A stretch of 28,701 nt of DNA from an uncultured Gammaproteobacteria bacterium (GTDB lineage Bacteria > Patescibacteriota > Microgenomatia > Daviesbacterales > UBA10151). The notes under the pieces are model-generated. The model saw nothing but the letters and a program-made list of their open reading frames with translations. It had not been told where the DNA came from and made no database searches. The stretch is taken from NCBI GenBank assembly GCA_964522265.1, contig CAZFVS010000004.1, positions 1 through 28,701 on the forward strand, written 5' to 3'. The translations under genes and the position numbers were made by a program. Positions 10,939 through 19,516 of the stretch are shown here, piece by piece. Each line of letters begins with the position of its first letter. The stretch's first letter is position 1.

Positions 10939-10968
10939 ATTATACTTCATCAGGCTAACCATAGGCAA
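10939..10968 (-). promoter_or_regulatory. Possible ddl promoter: TTGCCT-18-TATAAT, with the -10 box ending 7 nt upstream of the ATG at 10931
   Basis: TATAAT on the minus strand lies at 10944-10939. The -35 box is weak. Confidence 0.45.
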
Positions 10969-10981
10969 AAATGATGAATCT

Positions 10982-11004
10982 ACCCACGACCTAACGGTCG
11001 GGGT
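10982..11004. repeat. Hairpin/imperfect palindrome copy 1: ACCCaCGACC-TAAC-GGTCGGGGT
   Basis: 9-bp arms with one bulged A. It is nearly identical to copy 2, which lies 59 nt away in the ddl-murC divergent intergenic region. Confidence 0.7.
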
Positions 11005-11040
11005 ATCTTCTCTCGATCGGAACTCAATCGCTTTTGGAAA

Positions 11041-11063
11041 ACCCACGACTTTACAGTCGGGGT
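11041..11063. repeat. Hairpin/imperfect palindrome copy 2: ACCCaCGACT-TTAC-AGTCGGGGT
   Basis: Same architecture and orientation as copy 1. It overlaps the putative murC -35 box. Confidence 0.7.
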
Positions 11064-11079
11064 TTTATCGAGATAAAAT
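11051..11079 (+). promoter_or_regulatory. Possible murC promoter TTACAG-17-TAAAAT, with the -10 box ending 9 nt upstream of the ATG at 11089
   Basis: Hexamers read directly. They are only a moderate match to consensus. Confidence 0.4.
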
Positions 11080-11088
11080 GCACTTGTA

Positions 11089-12420
11089 ATGAAAAAAGTC
11101 CACTTCATGGGCATAGGCGGGTCAGGCGCATCATCTTGCGCTGCAATAGCTCAAGCTCAGGGATATCAGGTAACAGGCTGTGACACAAATCCTTATAATG
11201 AATTCACTCAAAGTTTTGACAGGGATATTTTGTCATCAGAACATTTACCTTCCCACATCTCAAGTGGGAATGTAGATCTGTTAGTAATTTCACCTGCCAT
11301 CACATCCCTCGACCCAGATAACCCAGAAATAATTGAAGCCAAAAAAAGAAAAATTAAAGTCATGACCTGGCAGAAATTTTTGGGAAAATACTTAATGAAA
11401 GACAAATTTGTTATTGCTGTCTGCGGAACCCATGGCAAAACAACCACCACAGCTATGATTGGACAGCTGCTGGAGGATGGGGTACTGGATCCAACAGTTT
11501 TAATCGGCACCATCGTCAAAAAATGGGGGACAAATTGCAGGGCTGGGAAAAGCAGATATTTTGTAGTTGAGGCAGATGAATTCAATAATAACTTTTTAAA
11601 TTATGACCCTGATATTGCAGTTTTAACCAATATTGAGATGGACCACCCTGAATATTTTAAAGATTTTACTTCATACAAAAGGAGTTTCCAGAATTTTTTG
11701 CATAAATCACAAAAAATGATCATCGCCAATCTGGAAGATTCCGGGAGTTTTGAAACTTTAAAAGAAAAGGGGGCAGGGTATGGAATATTTTTTAAACCAA
11801 TTCTGGACTATTCAAAAATGAAAATAGATTTTCCTTTAAAAGTTCCTGGGGATTTTAACCTCTTGAATGCTTCCGCAGCTTACCAGGTTGGCCTGGCGGT
11901 AGGGATCCAGGAAACAGCCATACAAAAAAGCTTAATGGGATTTGAAGGGTCAACCAGAAGATTTGAACTTTTGGGAGAGGTTAATCCTTCGACAAGCTCA
12001 GGACCTAGCGGTGCAAAAATCTATTCTGATTTTGCCCATCATCCGACTGAAATCGAGAAAACCCTGCAAGCTGCCCGGGGGAAGTATCCTGACCAAAAGA
12101 TTTGGGTTATTTACCAACCCCATATGTTTACAAGGACAAAAGCTTTTTTTGATAATTTTGTCAAAGTTTTTCAAGAAGCAGGGGTTGACCAAATTTATAT
12201 AATTGACATTTATCCTTCCAGGGAAAAAGATACAGGGATCACCAGCAGCAAAGCGCTTGTTGAGGCTATCGCCAGAAACAATGTAAAATACATAAGCCAA
12301 ATAGGGGATTTAACAAAAGTTTTGTCAAAGGTCATAAAAAAGGGTGATGTTTTATTTTTCATGGGAGCAGGGGATATAGACAGTATTGCCAGAGAGTTTG
12401 TCAAAGCATATGCAAAATAA
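11089..12420 (+). CDS. murC: UDP-N-acetylmuramate--L-alanine ligase, 443 aa
   Basis: Motifs present: HFMGIGGSGAS, CGTHGKTTTTAMIG, VVEADEF and DFAHHPTEI. Confidence 0.92.
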   Translation: MKKVHFMGIGGSGASSCAAIAQAQGYQVTGCDTNPYNEFTQSFDRDILSSEHLPSHISSGNVDLLVISPAITSLDPDNPEIIEAKKRKIKVMTWQKFLGKYLMKDKFVIAVCGTHGKTTTTAMIGQLLEDGVLDPTVLIGTIVKKWGTNCRAGKSRYFVVEADEFNNNFLNYDPDIAVLTNIEMDHPEYFKDFTSYKRSFQNFLHKSQKMIIANLEDSGSFETLKEKGAGYGIFFKPILDYSKMKIDFPLKVPGDFNLLNASAAYQVGLAVGIQETAIQKSLMGFEGSTRRFELLGEVNPSTSSGPSGAKIYSDFAHHPTEIEKTLQAARGKYPDQKIWVIYQPHMFTRTKAFFDNFVKVFQEAGVDQIYIIDIYPSREKDTGITSSKALVEAIARNNVKYISQIGDLTKVLSKVIKKGDVLFFMGAGDIDSIAREFVKAYAK

Positions 12421-12432
12421 TTTTTAAAATCC

Positions 12433-13794
12433 ATGGATAAATATATAAACCAAAAAATACTAATATTAGGGCTTGGGATAAACCAGGGTGGGGTAGGGGC
12501 GGCAAAATTTTTTGCCAAGATAGGGGCAGACTTAAGAGTCACAGACTTGAAAGATGCAAAAACCCTTAAGGTTTCTATTGACCAACTTAAAAAGTTTAAA
12601 AATATTGAGTATATCCTCGGCAAACACAGATATGAAGATATTGATTGGGCAGATTTAATAATCAGAAATCCTGCTTTGAAACCTGACAACAAATTTCTTG
12701 AGTATGCAAGGGAGAAGGGCAAGAAAATTGAAACTGATATGGGAGTATTCTTGGAGTTTGTCAAACCCGAACAGATTATTGGCATCACCGGAACCAAGGG
12801 TAAGTCTACAACTTCATCGCTGTTATATGAAATTTTAAAAAAATGCAAACCTGATGTAATGTTTGCAGGCAATATCGGTAAAAGCGCGCTCGACTCAGTC
12901 ACAAAAGTCAAACCATCAACCCTGGTGGTTTTGGAAATTTCCTCTTTTCAGCTGGAGGCTTTTGACGAACATAAAGTTGCCCCTAAATTTGCTGTCATTA
13001 CAAATATCTATCCCGACCATCTTAATTATTACCAAACTATGAAGGATTATATAAATTCAAAAAAATTAATTTTCAAAAATCAGCAAAAAAATGATTTTCT
13101 TTTTATCAGAAAAGGGGACAGGATTGTTGATAAACCAGAATTCCTCAAAGGATTAAAAAGCCAGCGGATCTATTTCTCATCAAAGGATCTGTCCAAAAAC
13201 TTCTCTGCTTATTTAGAAGGCGAACACAACAGGGAAAATATGTCAGCGGCGCTAGCTGTGGTAAAAACAATGGGTTGTAACACTAAAAAGGCCCTGGACG
13301 TGATGAAAAAATTCAAAGGAGTCCAGTTCCGCCTTCAGAAAATTTATGACAAAAAAGGCATAAAAATTTACAATGACTCTGCTGCCACCAACCCCGATGC
13401 AGCGATCCAAGCTCTCAAAGCTTTGGCTTCCCACATGGAAAGTGGGAGTTCAAATATTATATTAATAGTGGGTGGTGTCAATAAAAATCTGAATTACGGA
13501 GATTTTGCGGAAGCTATTGAAAAATATGCAAGAGCTGTCTATTTTTTGGAAGGTGATGCAACAGATACAATAATTTCAAATTTCAAAAAAATACACCCGC
13601 TTCTCGAACAAAATGCAAAATTAATAGGAATTTATAATAACCTGGAAAAATTACTGCGGGATGTTAAAAAAAATATACAAGTTGGCGACGTTATACTTTT
13701 TTCTCCTGGGGCAGCATCCTTCAACCTGTTTCAGAATGAATTTGACAGGGGAAAGAAATTTAACCAGGCAGTTGCAAAAGTTTTCCAAACTTAA
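12433..13794 (+). CDS. murD: UDP-N-acetylmuramoylalanine--D-glutamate ligase, 453 aa
   Basis: Motifs present: an N-terminal Rossmann-type ILGLGINQGGVG, GITGTKGKSTTSSL, LEISSFQLE, NDSAATNP and FSPGAASFNLFQNEFDRG. Confidence 0.9.
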   Translation: MDKYINQKILILGLGINQGGVGAAKFFAKIGADLRVTDLKDAKTLKVSIDQLKKFKNIEYILGKHRYEDIDWADLIIRNPALKPDNKFLEYAREKGKKIETDMGVFLEFVKPEQIIGITGTKGKSTTSSLLYEILKKCKPDVMFAGNIGKSALDSVTKVKPSTLVVLEISSFQLEAFDEHKVAPKFAVITNIYPDHLNYYQTMKDYINSKKLIFKNQQKNDFLFIRKGDRIVDKPEFLKGLKSQRIYFSSKDLSKNFSAYLEGEHNRENMSAALAVVKTMGCNTKKALDVMKKFKGVQFRLQKIYDKKGIKIYNDSAATNPDAAIQALKALASHMESGSSNIILIVGGVNKNLNYGDFAEAIEKYARAVYFLEGDATDTIISNFKKIHPLLEQNAKLIGIYNNLEKLLRDVKKNIQVGDVILFSPGAASFNLFQNEFDRGKKFNQAVAKVFQT

Positions 13795-13831
13795 GTGCTT
13801 GGTTTTTAGTATACCAATTTGTTAGAATAAG

Positions 13832-13851
13832 AAAGGGGACAACCCTTTTTT
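13832..13851 (+). terminator. Short hairpin AAAGGG-gacaa-CCCTTT followed by a T-run, downstream of murD and upstream of gyrA
   Basis: A 6-bp stem plus TTTTTT. It is weak, and it may instead lie in the gyrA leader. Confidence 0.35.
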
Positions 13852-13863
13852 CATGCCTTCTTT

Positions 13864-16392
13864 ATGAGTAATATCGGTAAAATCCAACCCATCTCACTTA
13901 TTGATGAAATGCAAAAGTCCTATTTGGACTATGCAATGAGTGTCATAGTTTCAAGAGCTCTTCCAGATGTCAGGGACGGATTAAAACCAGTCCAGCGGCG
14001 CATCATTTATGCCATGCACCAGCAGGGCTTGCACCACAATGCAAGATATCAAAAATCCGCTGCAGTAGTAGGGGAGGTTATGAAGCATTTCCATCCCCAT
14101 GGCGACTCATCTATTTACGATGCTATGGTACGGATGGCACAGTCATTTTCCATGCGCTATCCGCTGGTGGACGGACAGGGAAATTTTGGTTCAGTGGATG
14201 GTGACTCTCCAGCAGCTATGCGGTATACAGAAGCCAGGCTGTCTGCAATCTCCGATGAGCTATTGAGGGATATCGGTAAAAATACTGTAAATTTTATTGA
14301 CAACTATTCCGGCACAACCCAGGAACCTGTCTGGCTGCCCTCAGTTATCCCCAATCTGCTGCTTAACGGCGCCTCAGGCATAGCAGTTGGGATGGCTACC
14401 CAAATTCCTCCCCATAACCTCGGAGAAATAATTGATGCCTTAATTTATATGATAGAACACCAGGAAAAACCAGATGATGCTAAAGCTCAAAAACTCAATG
14501 AACCAGCAAATCAAAAAAACTTTGAACCATTCAGTTCTGTTGCCACCACAGACGACCTGATGAAATTTATCAAAGGCCCTGATTTCCCCACGGGTGCATC
14601 TATATACGATGCTTCAGAGATTCAAGCCGCTTATACAACCGGCAGAGGAAGAATTGTCATCAGGGCAAAAGCTGATATTGAGGAGACAAAAAGCGGGCGG
14701 TTCGATATCATCATCACTGAACTACCATACCAGGTTAACAAAGCCTTGCTTATTGCAAAAATTGCAGAATTGGTAAAGGAGAAAAAAATTGATGGTGTTG
14801 CGGATTTGCGGGATGAGTCGGACAGAAGAGGTATGCGGGTGGTAGTGGAGCTAAAAAGGGATGGGAAACCCCAGTCAATTTTAAACAATCTCTATCAACA
14901 TACAGCCATGCAGTCTGTTTTCAATGTCAATATGGTCGCCCTATCTGACGGTGTCCCACACCTGATGACTCTCAAAAGAATCCTGGAGGAGTTCATACAC
15001 CACAGACAGATAGTAATCACCAGAAGATCCAGATTTGAACTTACAGAAGCAAAAGCCAGAGAACATATCCTGGAGGGTTTGAAAATTGCCGTAGACAACA
15101 TAGATGCAGTAATAGACACAATCAAAAAGAGCAGGGATGCTGATGAAGCCAAGGAAAACCTTATGAAAAAATTTAAACTGACTGAAATCCAATCTGTTGC
15201 AATTTTGGACATGCAGTTAAGAAGGCTTGCGGCACTGGAGAGAAAAAAGATCGAGGATGAGTTAAAACTCATCAGGGAGCTGATTGCATATCTGGAAGAT
15301 CTGCTGGCACACCCGGAAAAAATCCTTAAAGTTATCCGGGAAGAACTTTTAAAAATTAAGGAGAGGTATGCCGATGACCGGAAGACCCGCGTATACAAAC
15401 AGAAGGTCGGTGATTTCTCTGAAGAAGACCTGGTTGCCGATGAACAAACCATAGTTACTGTTACCAGCGGCGGTTATATTAAAAGACAGTCGCCTTTTTC
15501 CTTCAGAACCCAAAACAGGGGGGGCAAAGGAGTATCCGGCATGACCACCAAAGAGCAGGATGCTGTCAGCCATATTTTCTACACCAGAACCTTAGATAAC
15601 CTGCTCTTTTTTACGGATAAGGGTAGGGTTTTCCAAATTAAGGTTTGGGAGATACCGGAAACCTCCAAGACGGCCAGAGGTCAGGCTATTGTCAACCTGA
15701 TAAACATTGACCAAGGGGAGAAAATTACAGCGATGCTGACTATCAAATCAAAAGATCCGATTAAATCTCTGTTTATGTGTACTAGAAACGGCAATGTTAA
15801 AAAAACATCAATAACAGAATACGCCAATATCCGCAAAAACGGGTTGATTTCGATCAAACTCGATCCCGGCGATCTGCTTGGTTGGGTCGTACCTACCAAA
15901 GAGGAGGATGATCTGATCCTGATCTCCCGAAAAGGTCAATCCATCCGTTTTGGTGAATCCCAGGTCAGACCTACCCATAGGGATACTTCTGGAGTAAGAG
16001 GGGTCTTTTTGACAAAGGATGACGAGGTAGTTTCCATGAACCTAATAGAGGATCCCAAAGCCCAGGTTTTGGTGGTGATGGAAAATGGACTTGGTAAAAA
16101 AACTGACCTGTCGGCTTGGAAAAGACAGGGCAGGGGAGGAACGGGCATAAAAGCAGCCCAGGTGACGGACAAAACCGGAAAAATTGTAACCGCGGAGATT
16201 GTCGGTAAAGGTGATGACACCTTGGTTATGACATCCAATAAAGGCCAGCTGATCAAACTTAGCCTGAAGGATGTCCCGACATTGCAAAGGCAAACACAGG
16301 GTGTCATACTGATGAGGGTCAGAATGGGGGAGAAAGTTGCTGCTGCAACAGTAGTATCCAGTAAGGAGCGTTCCGGAGAAACAGAAGAATGA
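13864..16392 (+). CDS. gyrA: DNA gyrase subunit A, 842 aa
   Basis: Motifs present: [37 protein letters not shown] (active-site Tyr region) and C-terminal beta-pinwheel repeats. Confidence 0.97.
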   Translation: MSNIGKIQPISLIDEMQKSYLDYAMSVIVSRALPDVRDGLKPVQRRIIYAMHQQGLHHNARYQKSAAVVGEVMKHFHPHGDSSIYDAMVRMAQSFSMRYPLVDGQGNFGSVDGDSPAAMRYTEARLSAISDELLRDIGKNTVNFIDNYSGTTQEPVWLPSVIPNLLLNGASGIAVGMATQIPPHNLGEIIDALIYMIEHQEKPDDAKAQKLNEPANQKNFEPFSSVATTDDLMKFIKGPDFPTGASIYDASEIQAAYTTGRGRIVIRAKADIEETKSGRFDIIITELPYQVNKALLIAKIAELVKEKKIDGVADLRDESDRRGMRVVVELKRDGKPQSILNNLYQHTAMQSVFNVNMVALSDGVPHLMTLKRILEEFIHHRQIVITRRSRFELTEAKAREHILEGLKIAVDNIDAVIDTIKKSRDADEAKENLMKKFKLTEIQSVAILDMQLRRLAALERKKIEDELKLIRELIAYLEDLLAHPEKILKVIREELLKIKERYADDRKTRVYKQKVGDFSEEDLVADEQTIVTVTSGGYIKRQSPFSFRTQNRGGKGVSGMTTKEQDAVSHIFYTRTLDNLLFFTDKGRVFQIKVWEIPETSKTARGQAIVNLINIDQGEKITAMLTIKSKDPIKSLFMCTRNGNVKKTSITEYANIRKNGLISIKLDPGDLLGWVVPTKEEDDLILISRKGQSIRFGESQVRPTHRDTSGVRGVFLTKDDEVVSMNLIEDPKAQVLVVMENGLGKKTDLSAWKRQGRGGTGIKAAQVTDKTGKIVTAEIVGKGDDTLVMTSNKGQLIKLSLKDVPTLQRQTQGVILMRVRMGEKVAAATVVSSKERSGETEE

Positions 16393-16403
16393 TTAGTATT
16401 TAA

Positions 16404-16607
16404 ATGGAAAAAAAACTGTCTGTAATTTTTACCCTTTATTTCTTATTCGGGATTATTTTTGCATTCGCTTTCGCACTTTATTACAGATGGCCACCTTTAG
16501 GATATTTAAGCCCCGGGTTTTATGTGGTAACTTTTACCTGGCCCTACCAGGCAATAGGGTTTATCCGGGACCTCCTTAACTTTGGCCTGGCAGGAAAACC
16601 AATTTAA
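16404..16607 (+). CDS. Small hydrophobic protein, 67 aa
   Basis: ORF with two predicted helices. No family recognised. Confidence 0.4.
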   Translation: MEKKLSVIFTLYFLFGIIFAFAFALYYRWPPLGYLSPGFYVVTFTWPYQAIGFIRDLLNFGLAGKPI

Positions 16608-16652
16608 GGCATATCTTGACTACTGATAATACTTTGTGAGTACAATATAAGT

Positions 16653-16660
16653 AGGAGGTG
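16653..16660 (+). promoter_or_regulatory. Canonical Shine-Dalgarno AGGAGGTG, 8 nt upstream of the TTG start at 16669
   Basis: Read directly. This shows the organism also uses SD-led initiation. Confidence 0.6.
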
Positions 16661-16668
16661 AGATTAAT

Positions 16669-17040
16669 TTGGGACTTATTATCTTTATATTGCTCAACTC
16701 GCTGGCTTTGATCATTACTGACTGGTTGCTACCGGGGTTTAATATTGCAGATTACCAAACAGCCATACTTGCTGCAATCGTAATAGGCCTAATCAATACA
16801 TTTATTAAACCATTCCTGCTTTTTATAACAGCCCCATTGAATTTTATGACACTGGGTCTTTTTGCTTTTGTAGTTAATGCAGTGGTATTATCCCTGACTT
16901 CCTGGATCCTGGGAAGTACATTCATCCTGGATAGTTTCTGGTGGGCAATTATGGCAGCAGCAGTACTGTCCGTTGTTTCAACTGCCTTGTCAACCCTGGC
17001 TAGAGATTTGGCAGTCACCGGGAAAAAACGGAAGCATTAG
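16669..17040 (+). CDS. 4-TM membrane protein of the holin superfamily IV / DUF360 type, 123 aa
   Basis: The pattern LLPGF...AAIVIGLINTFIKPFLLFITAPLNFMTLGLFAFVVNAVVL is typical of that family. It has a strong SD. The stop overlaps the convergent xer-like gene by 4 nt. Confidence 0.6.
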   Translation: MGLIIFILLNSLALIITDWLLPGFNIADYQTAILAAIVIGLINTFIKPFLLFITAPLNFMTLGLFAFVVNAVVLSLTSWILGSTFILDSFWWAIMAAAVLSVVSTALSTLARDLAVTGKKRKH

Positions 17041-17906
17041 ATACGATCCTTAAGTTGGGGGATTAACGAGATATTAGAATTACCCAGCATCTTCAAGATA
17101 CTTTTTACATCATTACCGTTATCTAAAAGGTTGGTTGTAAAGTTGTGACGGAGGGTATGGGGGGTAGCTTTGACTAACAAACCTGATAATTTAACATACT
17201 TTTCCACTATTCTCTCAATTGACCGGGGAGTAAGCCTCATCTTCTCTCCCTCATTTTCAGAATCAATGCTGCCTTGAAACCTGATAAATAGCGGGGCAAA
17301 GCTGTCTTGCCGTGACCTGATATACCGATCCAACCACCGTGCTGCCGAATCGGATATAAACACCATACGCTCCTTACCTCCCTTACCCCTCACCCCAAAT
17401 TCCTTTCTTTGCAGATTAATCTGTGAAATGTTTAAAGAAGCGAGCTCTGAGACTCTTAAACCTGTTGAAAACAACACTTCCAAAACAGTCCTGTCCCTTA
17501 ATCCATCTTTTCGTGTTACATTAGGCGCCATAAATAACCTTTCCAAATCACCTGCATCTAAAACTTTCAAGGGAGAAGGCTCTTGTATACCCAATTCTAT
17601 CTTTTCAGCAGAAAGTGTCTTGATATCATTTTCAGCCAGATATTTTACAAAGCTTCTTAAAGCAATTAAAAAGAAGTTTTGAGTTATTTTTTTAAGAGGT
17701 TCCTGGGTTTTTTGATCTGTGCAGCGGGCGAGATAAAATCTGTACCGCCTAATGAGCTCAGGATCAATCGCGGAGGGATTTATCTCCCCGGCAAAATCCT
17801 GAAACCGCCTAAGATAGTGGTCGTAATTTTTGATAGTTTTTGGGGATGCATTCCTTTCCAGCTCCAGATATTCCAGATAATTAGTAATCAGGGCAGAAAG
17901 AATCAT
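17037..17906 (-). CDS. XerC/XerD-like tyrosine recombinase homologue with a degenerate active site (no catalytic Tyr)
   Basis: The N-terminal SAM-like domain (YLEYLELERNASPKTIKNYDHYLRRF) is present, as are TGLRVSEL (Arg I), GKGGKERMV (Lys) and HTLRHNF (His/Arg II). The C-terminus reads MLGNSNISLIPQLKDRI*, where LGH...Y is expected. The ATG at 17906 lies 4 nt after the stop of the cohesin gene; the ORF track uses the TTG at 17909. Confidence 0.8.
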   Translation of the reverse strand: MILSALITNYLEYLELERNASPKTIKNYDHYLRRFQDFAGEINPSAIDPELIRRYRFYLARCTDQKTQEPLKKITQNFFLIALRSFVKYLAENDIKTLSAEKIELGIQEPSPLKVLDAGDLERLFMAPNVTRKDGLRDRTVLEVLFSTGLRVSELASLNISQINLQRKEFGVRGKGGKERMVFISDSAARWLDRYIRSRQDSFAPLFIRFQGSIDSENEGEKMRLTPRSIERIVEKYVKLSGLLVKATPHTLRHNFTTNLLDNGNDVKSILKMLGNSNISLIPQLKDRI

Positions 17907-17909
17907 CAA

Positions 17910-18668
17910 TTAAAGAAAAGCAAGTCCCAGAATTCCCAAGACAGTCAAAATACCTCCAATGATAGTTAGCATCATAGTTGGTCCTATAATACCAGGACAG
18001 GTCCCTCCAGGACATAGTGTTGGAGGAGGGGTTGCTGATTGGGAACTTGATGCCGGGACAAAGGTAGCAAGAGGCGGTGAGGTTGACCCAATTTGCCCTT
18101 GCCCGGACGGACCTGGGCTAGCACTTTGGCCGGCGCAGGTGCCTGTACCAATAGTATAACTGCCGTTTATTACAGAATTTAACACATCAGCTACCGTACC
18201 TCTCTCTACTACATTTGAATCCGTAGTTTTAGTTTTATTATTAGGATCAAATTCCAAAATGATTTGGGTTAAACCTGTTGGGGCGTTTTGAGGAACGGTA
18301 AAGTTCACTGTAGCCAGAGTACCACTGCTAGAAAACGCCTCCTGTACTGAAGCTAAACCAGAGATATTGATTTTTCTTGCCTGGGCATCAATAAAATTCC
18401 CAGGATAATCCGGGTAAATGGATCCGCTGATAATAGTTTGAGGGGTTACCCGAGTTGGGTCATAGTCCAAAATTGCGTCAGTCCCATCGGTTTGAGTACC
18501 CTGAGTATTAAGGTCAATTTTTATAGAAAAACTGCAGCCGCGGTTGAATGTTCCTGACGACGGATTCAAAGACAGGGTGGCTGCAAACGTCAAGCCTGGA
18601 TTAATTAATAAGGAACATGCCGCCATAAATACTAGTAGGCACGACAGCCAGTTTTTGACTCTATTCAT
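17910..18668 (-). CDS. Secreted cohesin-domain protein with a C-terminal transmembrane anchor, 252 aa
   Basis: Signal peptide (LLVFMAACSLLINPGLTFA/ATL). Cohesin-like beta-sandwich pattern (LSLNPSSGTF..GCSFSIKIDLNT.GTQTDGTDAILDYDPTRV ... GTLATVNFTV ... TTDSNVV). Ser/Pro/Gly linker. Terminal helix MMLTIIGGILTVLGILGLAFL. The start overlaps the upstream stop (ATGA). Confidence 0.75.
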   Translation of the reverse strand: MNRVKNWLSCLLVFMAACSLLINPGLTFAATLSLNPSSGTFNRGCSFSIKIDLNTQGTQTDGTDAILDYDPTRVTPQTIISGSIYPDYPGNFIDAQARKINISGLASVQEAFSSSGTLATVNFTVPQNAPTGLTQIILEFDPNNKTKTTDSNVVERGTVADVLNSVINGSYTIGTGTCAGQSASPGPSGQGQIGSTSPPLATFVPASSSQSATPPPTLCPGGTCPGIIGPTMMLTIIGGILTVLGILGLAFL

Positions 18669-19516
18669 TTTTTTATCTCACAGGTATCGCAAGCAGTCGT
18701 TAGATTCGGATCCCAAATGCACACATCATCCTTTTTCTTCCCTCCCTGGCATTCTTGGGTACCCTGACCTCCTGCCCCGTCCCAACAGATCTGTGAATAT
18801 CCTTCACAACGGTCTGAGGTGGCAGTTGTAACCTGACCTAAATCCCGGCTGCCGATTTGTAAATCAAGGTTGTAAACTTTGGTTAAAATATCATCTGTTG
18901 TTTTAGTCTCAATGATATTTGAGTCCGTAGTCAACCCCTTTTCGAAGTTAACAGCAATAGTTGCATTACCGCTTTTTTTGGTTTTAAAAGATAATACCCC
19001 AAAGGTACCAGTGCCATTAAAACCGTTTTTGTCAGGGTAGGCGATACCAGAAATTTCGATGATGCCAACTTTCGCATCATCGCTGACAATGGGGTATTCA
19101 TCGTATACCTCACCCTCGCTGAATGCAGAACTGCCTGCTGTCTCAAGTAAATTAGGGTCGTAATTTAGAACTACATCCATACCATCTGTAGTATGACCTC
19201 CAGTTGAGATTTTGATTGTAACTTTAACCGTGTCTCCTACGGGCAGATTTTTCTTGTCCGCAATTAAAACAATTTTACCCCCAGAAACCGGCTCCAATAC
19301 CTTAATTCTGGAAGATTGGAACGGAGTTTGCAAAATATTCATACCAACAAAAAGCCCAAACAGGATGACGGCCACTAAAATGACAATCCAAACTTTATAG
19401 TGCTTAAGAAATCTCGAAAAACTACTGTTTGGCAACTCTCCTCCGGGCGAAGAGATTTGAGCTGGTGAAAGCGACATATCGCTTTCGTATACTTCCGGTA
19501 ATTTCTCTTTACTCAT
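18665..19516 (-). CDS. N-terminally membrane-anchored cohesin-domain protein with a Cys-rich C-terminal module, 283 aa
   Basis: TM helix VWIVILVAVILFGLFVGMNIL. Cohesin-like pattern (VGDTVKVTIKISTGGHTTDGMDVVLNYDPNLL ... GTFGVLSFKTKKSG ... TTDSNII). Six Cys in the last 50 aa. There are 4-nt overlaps with both neighbouring genes. Confidence 0.75.
   Translation of the reverse strand: MSKEKLPEVYESDMSLSPAQISSPGGELPNSSFSRFLKHYKVWIVILVAVILFGLFVGMNILQTPFQSSRIKVLEPVSGGKIVLIADKKNLPVGDTVKVTIKISTGGHTTDGMDVVLNYDPNLLETAGSSAFSEGEVYDEYPIVSDDAKVGIIEISGIAYPDKNGFNGTGTFGVLSFKTKKSGNATIAVNFEKGLTTDSNIIETKTTDDILTKVYNLDLQIGSRDLGQVTTATSDRCEGYSQICWDGAGGQGTQECQGGKKKDDVCIWDPNLTTACDTCEIKK

Noticed and set aside
12210-12911. 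A 233-aa minus-strand ORF spanning the murC-murD junction
   Set aside because: It is antisense to two strongly motif-supported Mur ligase genes. Such long antisense ORFs are typical artefacts of AT-rich codon usage.
14895-15452. A 185-aa minus-strand ORF inside gyrA. The ORFs at 14631-14888, 15936-16307 and others are similar.
   Set aside because: It is antisense to gyrA and its composition is Ser-rich and repetitive.
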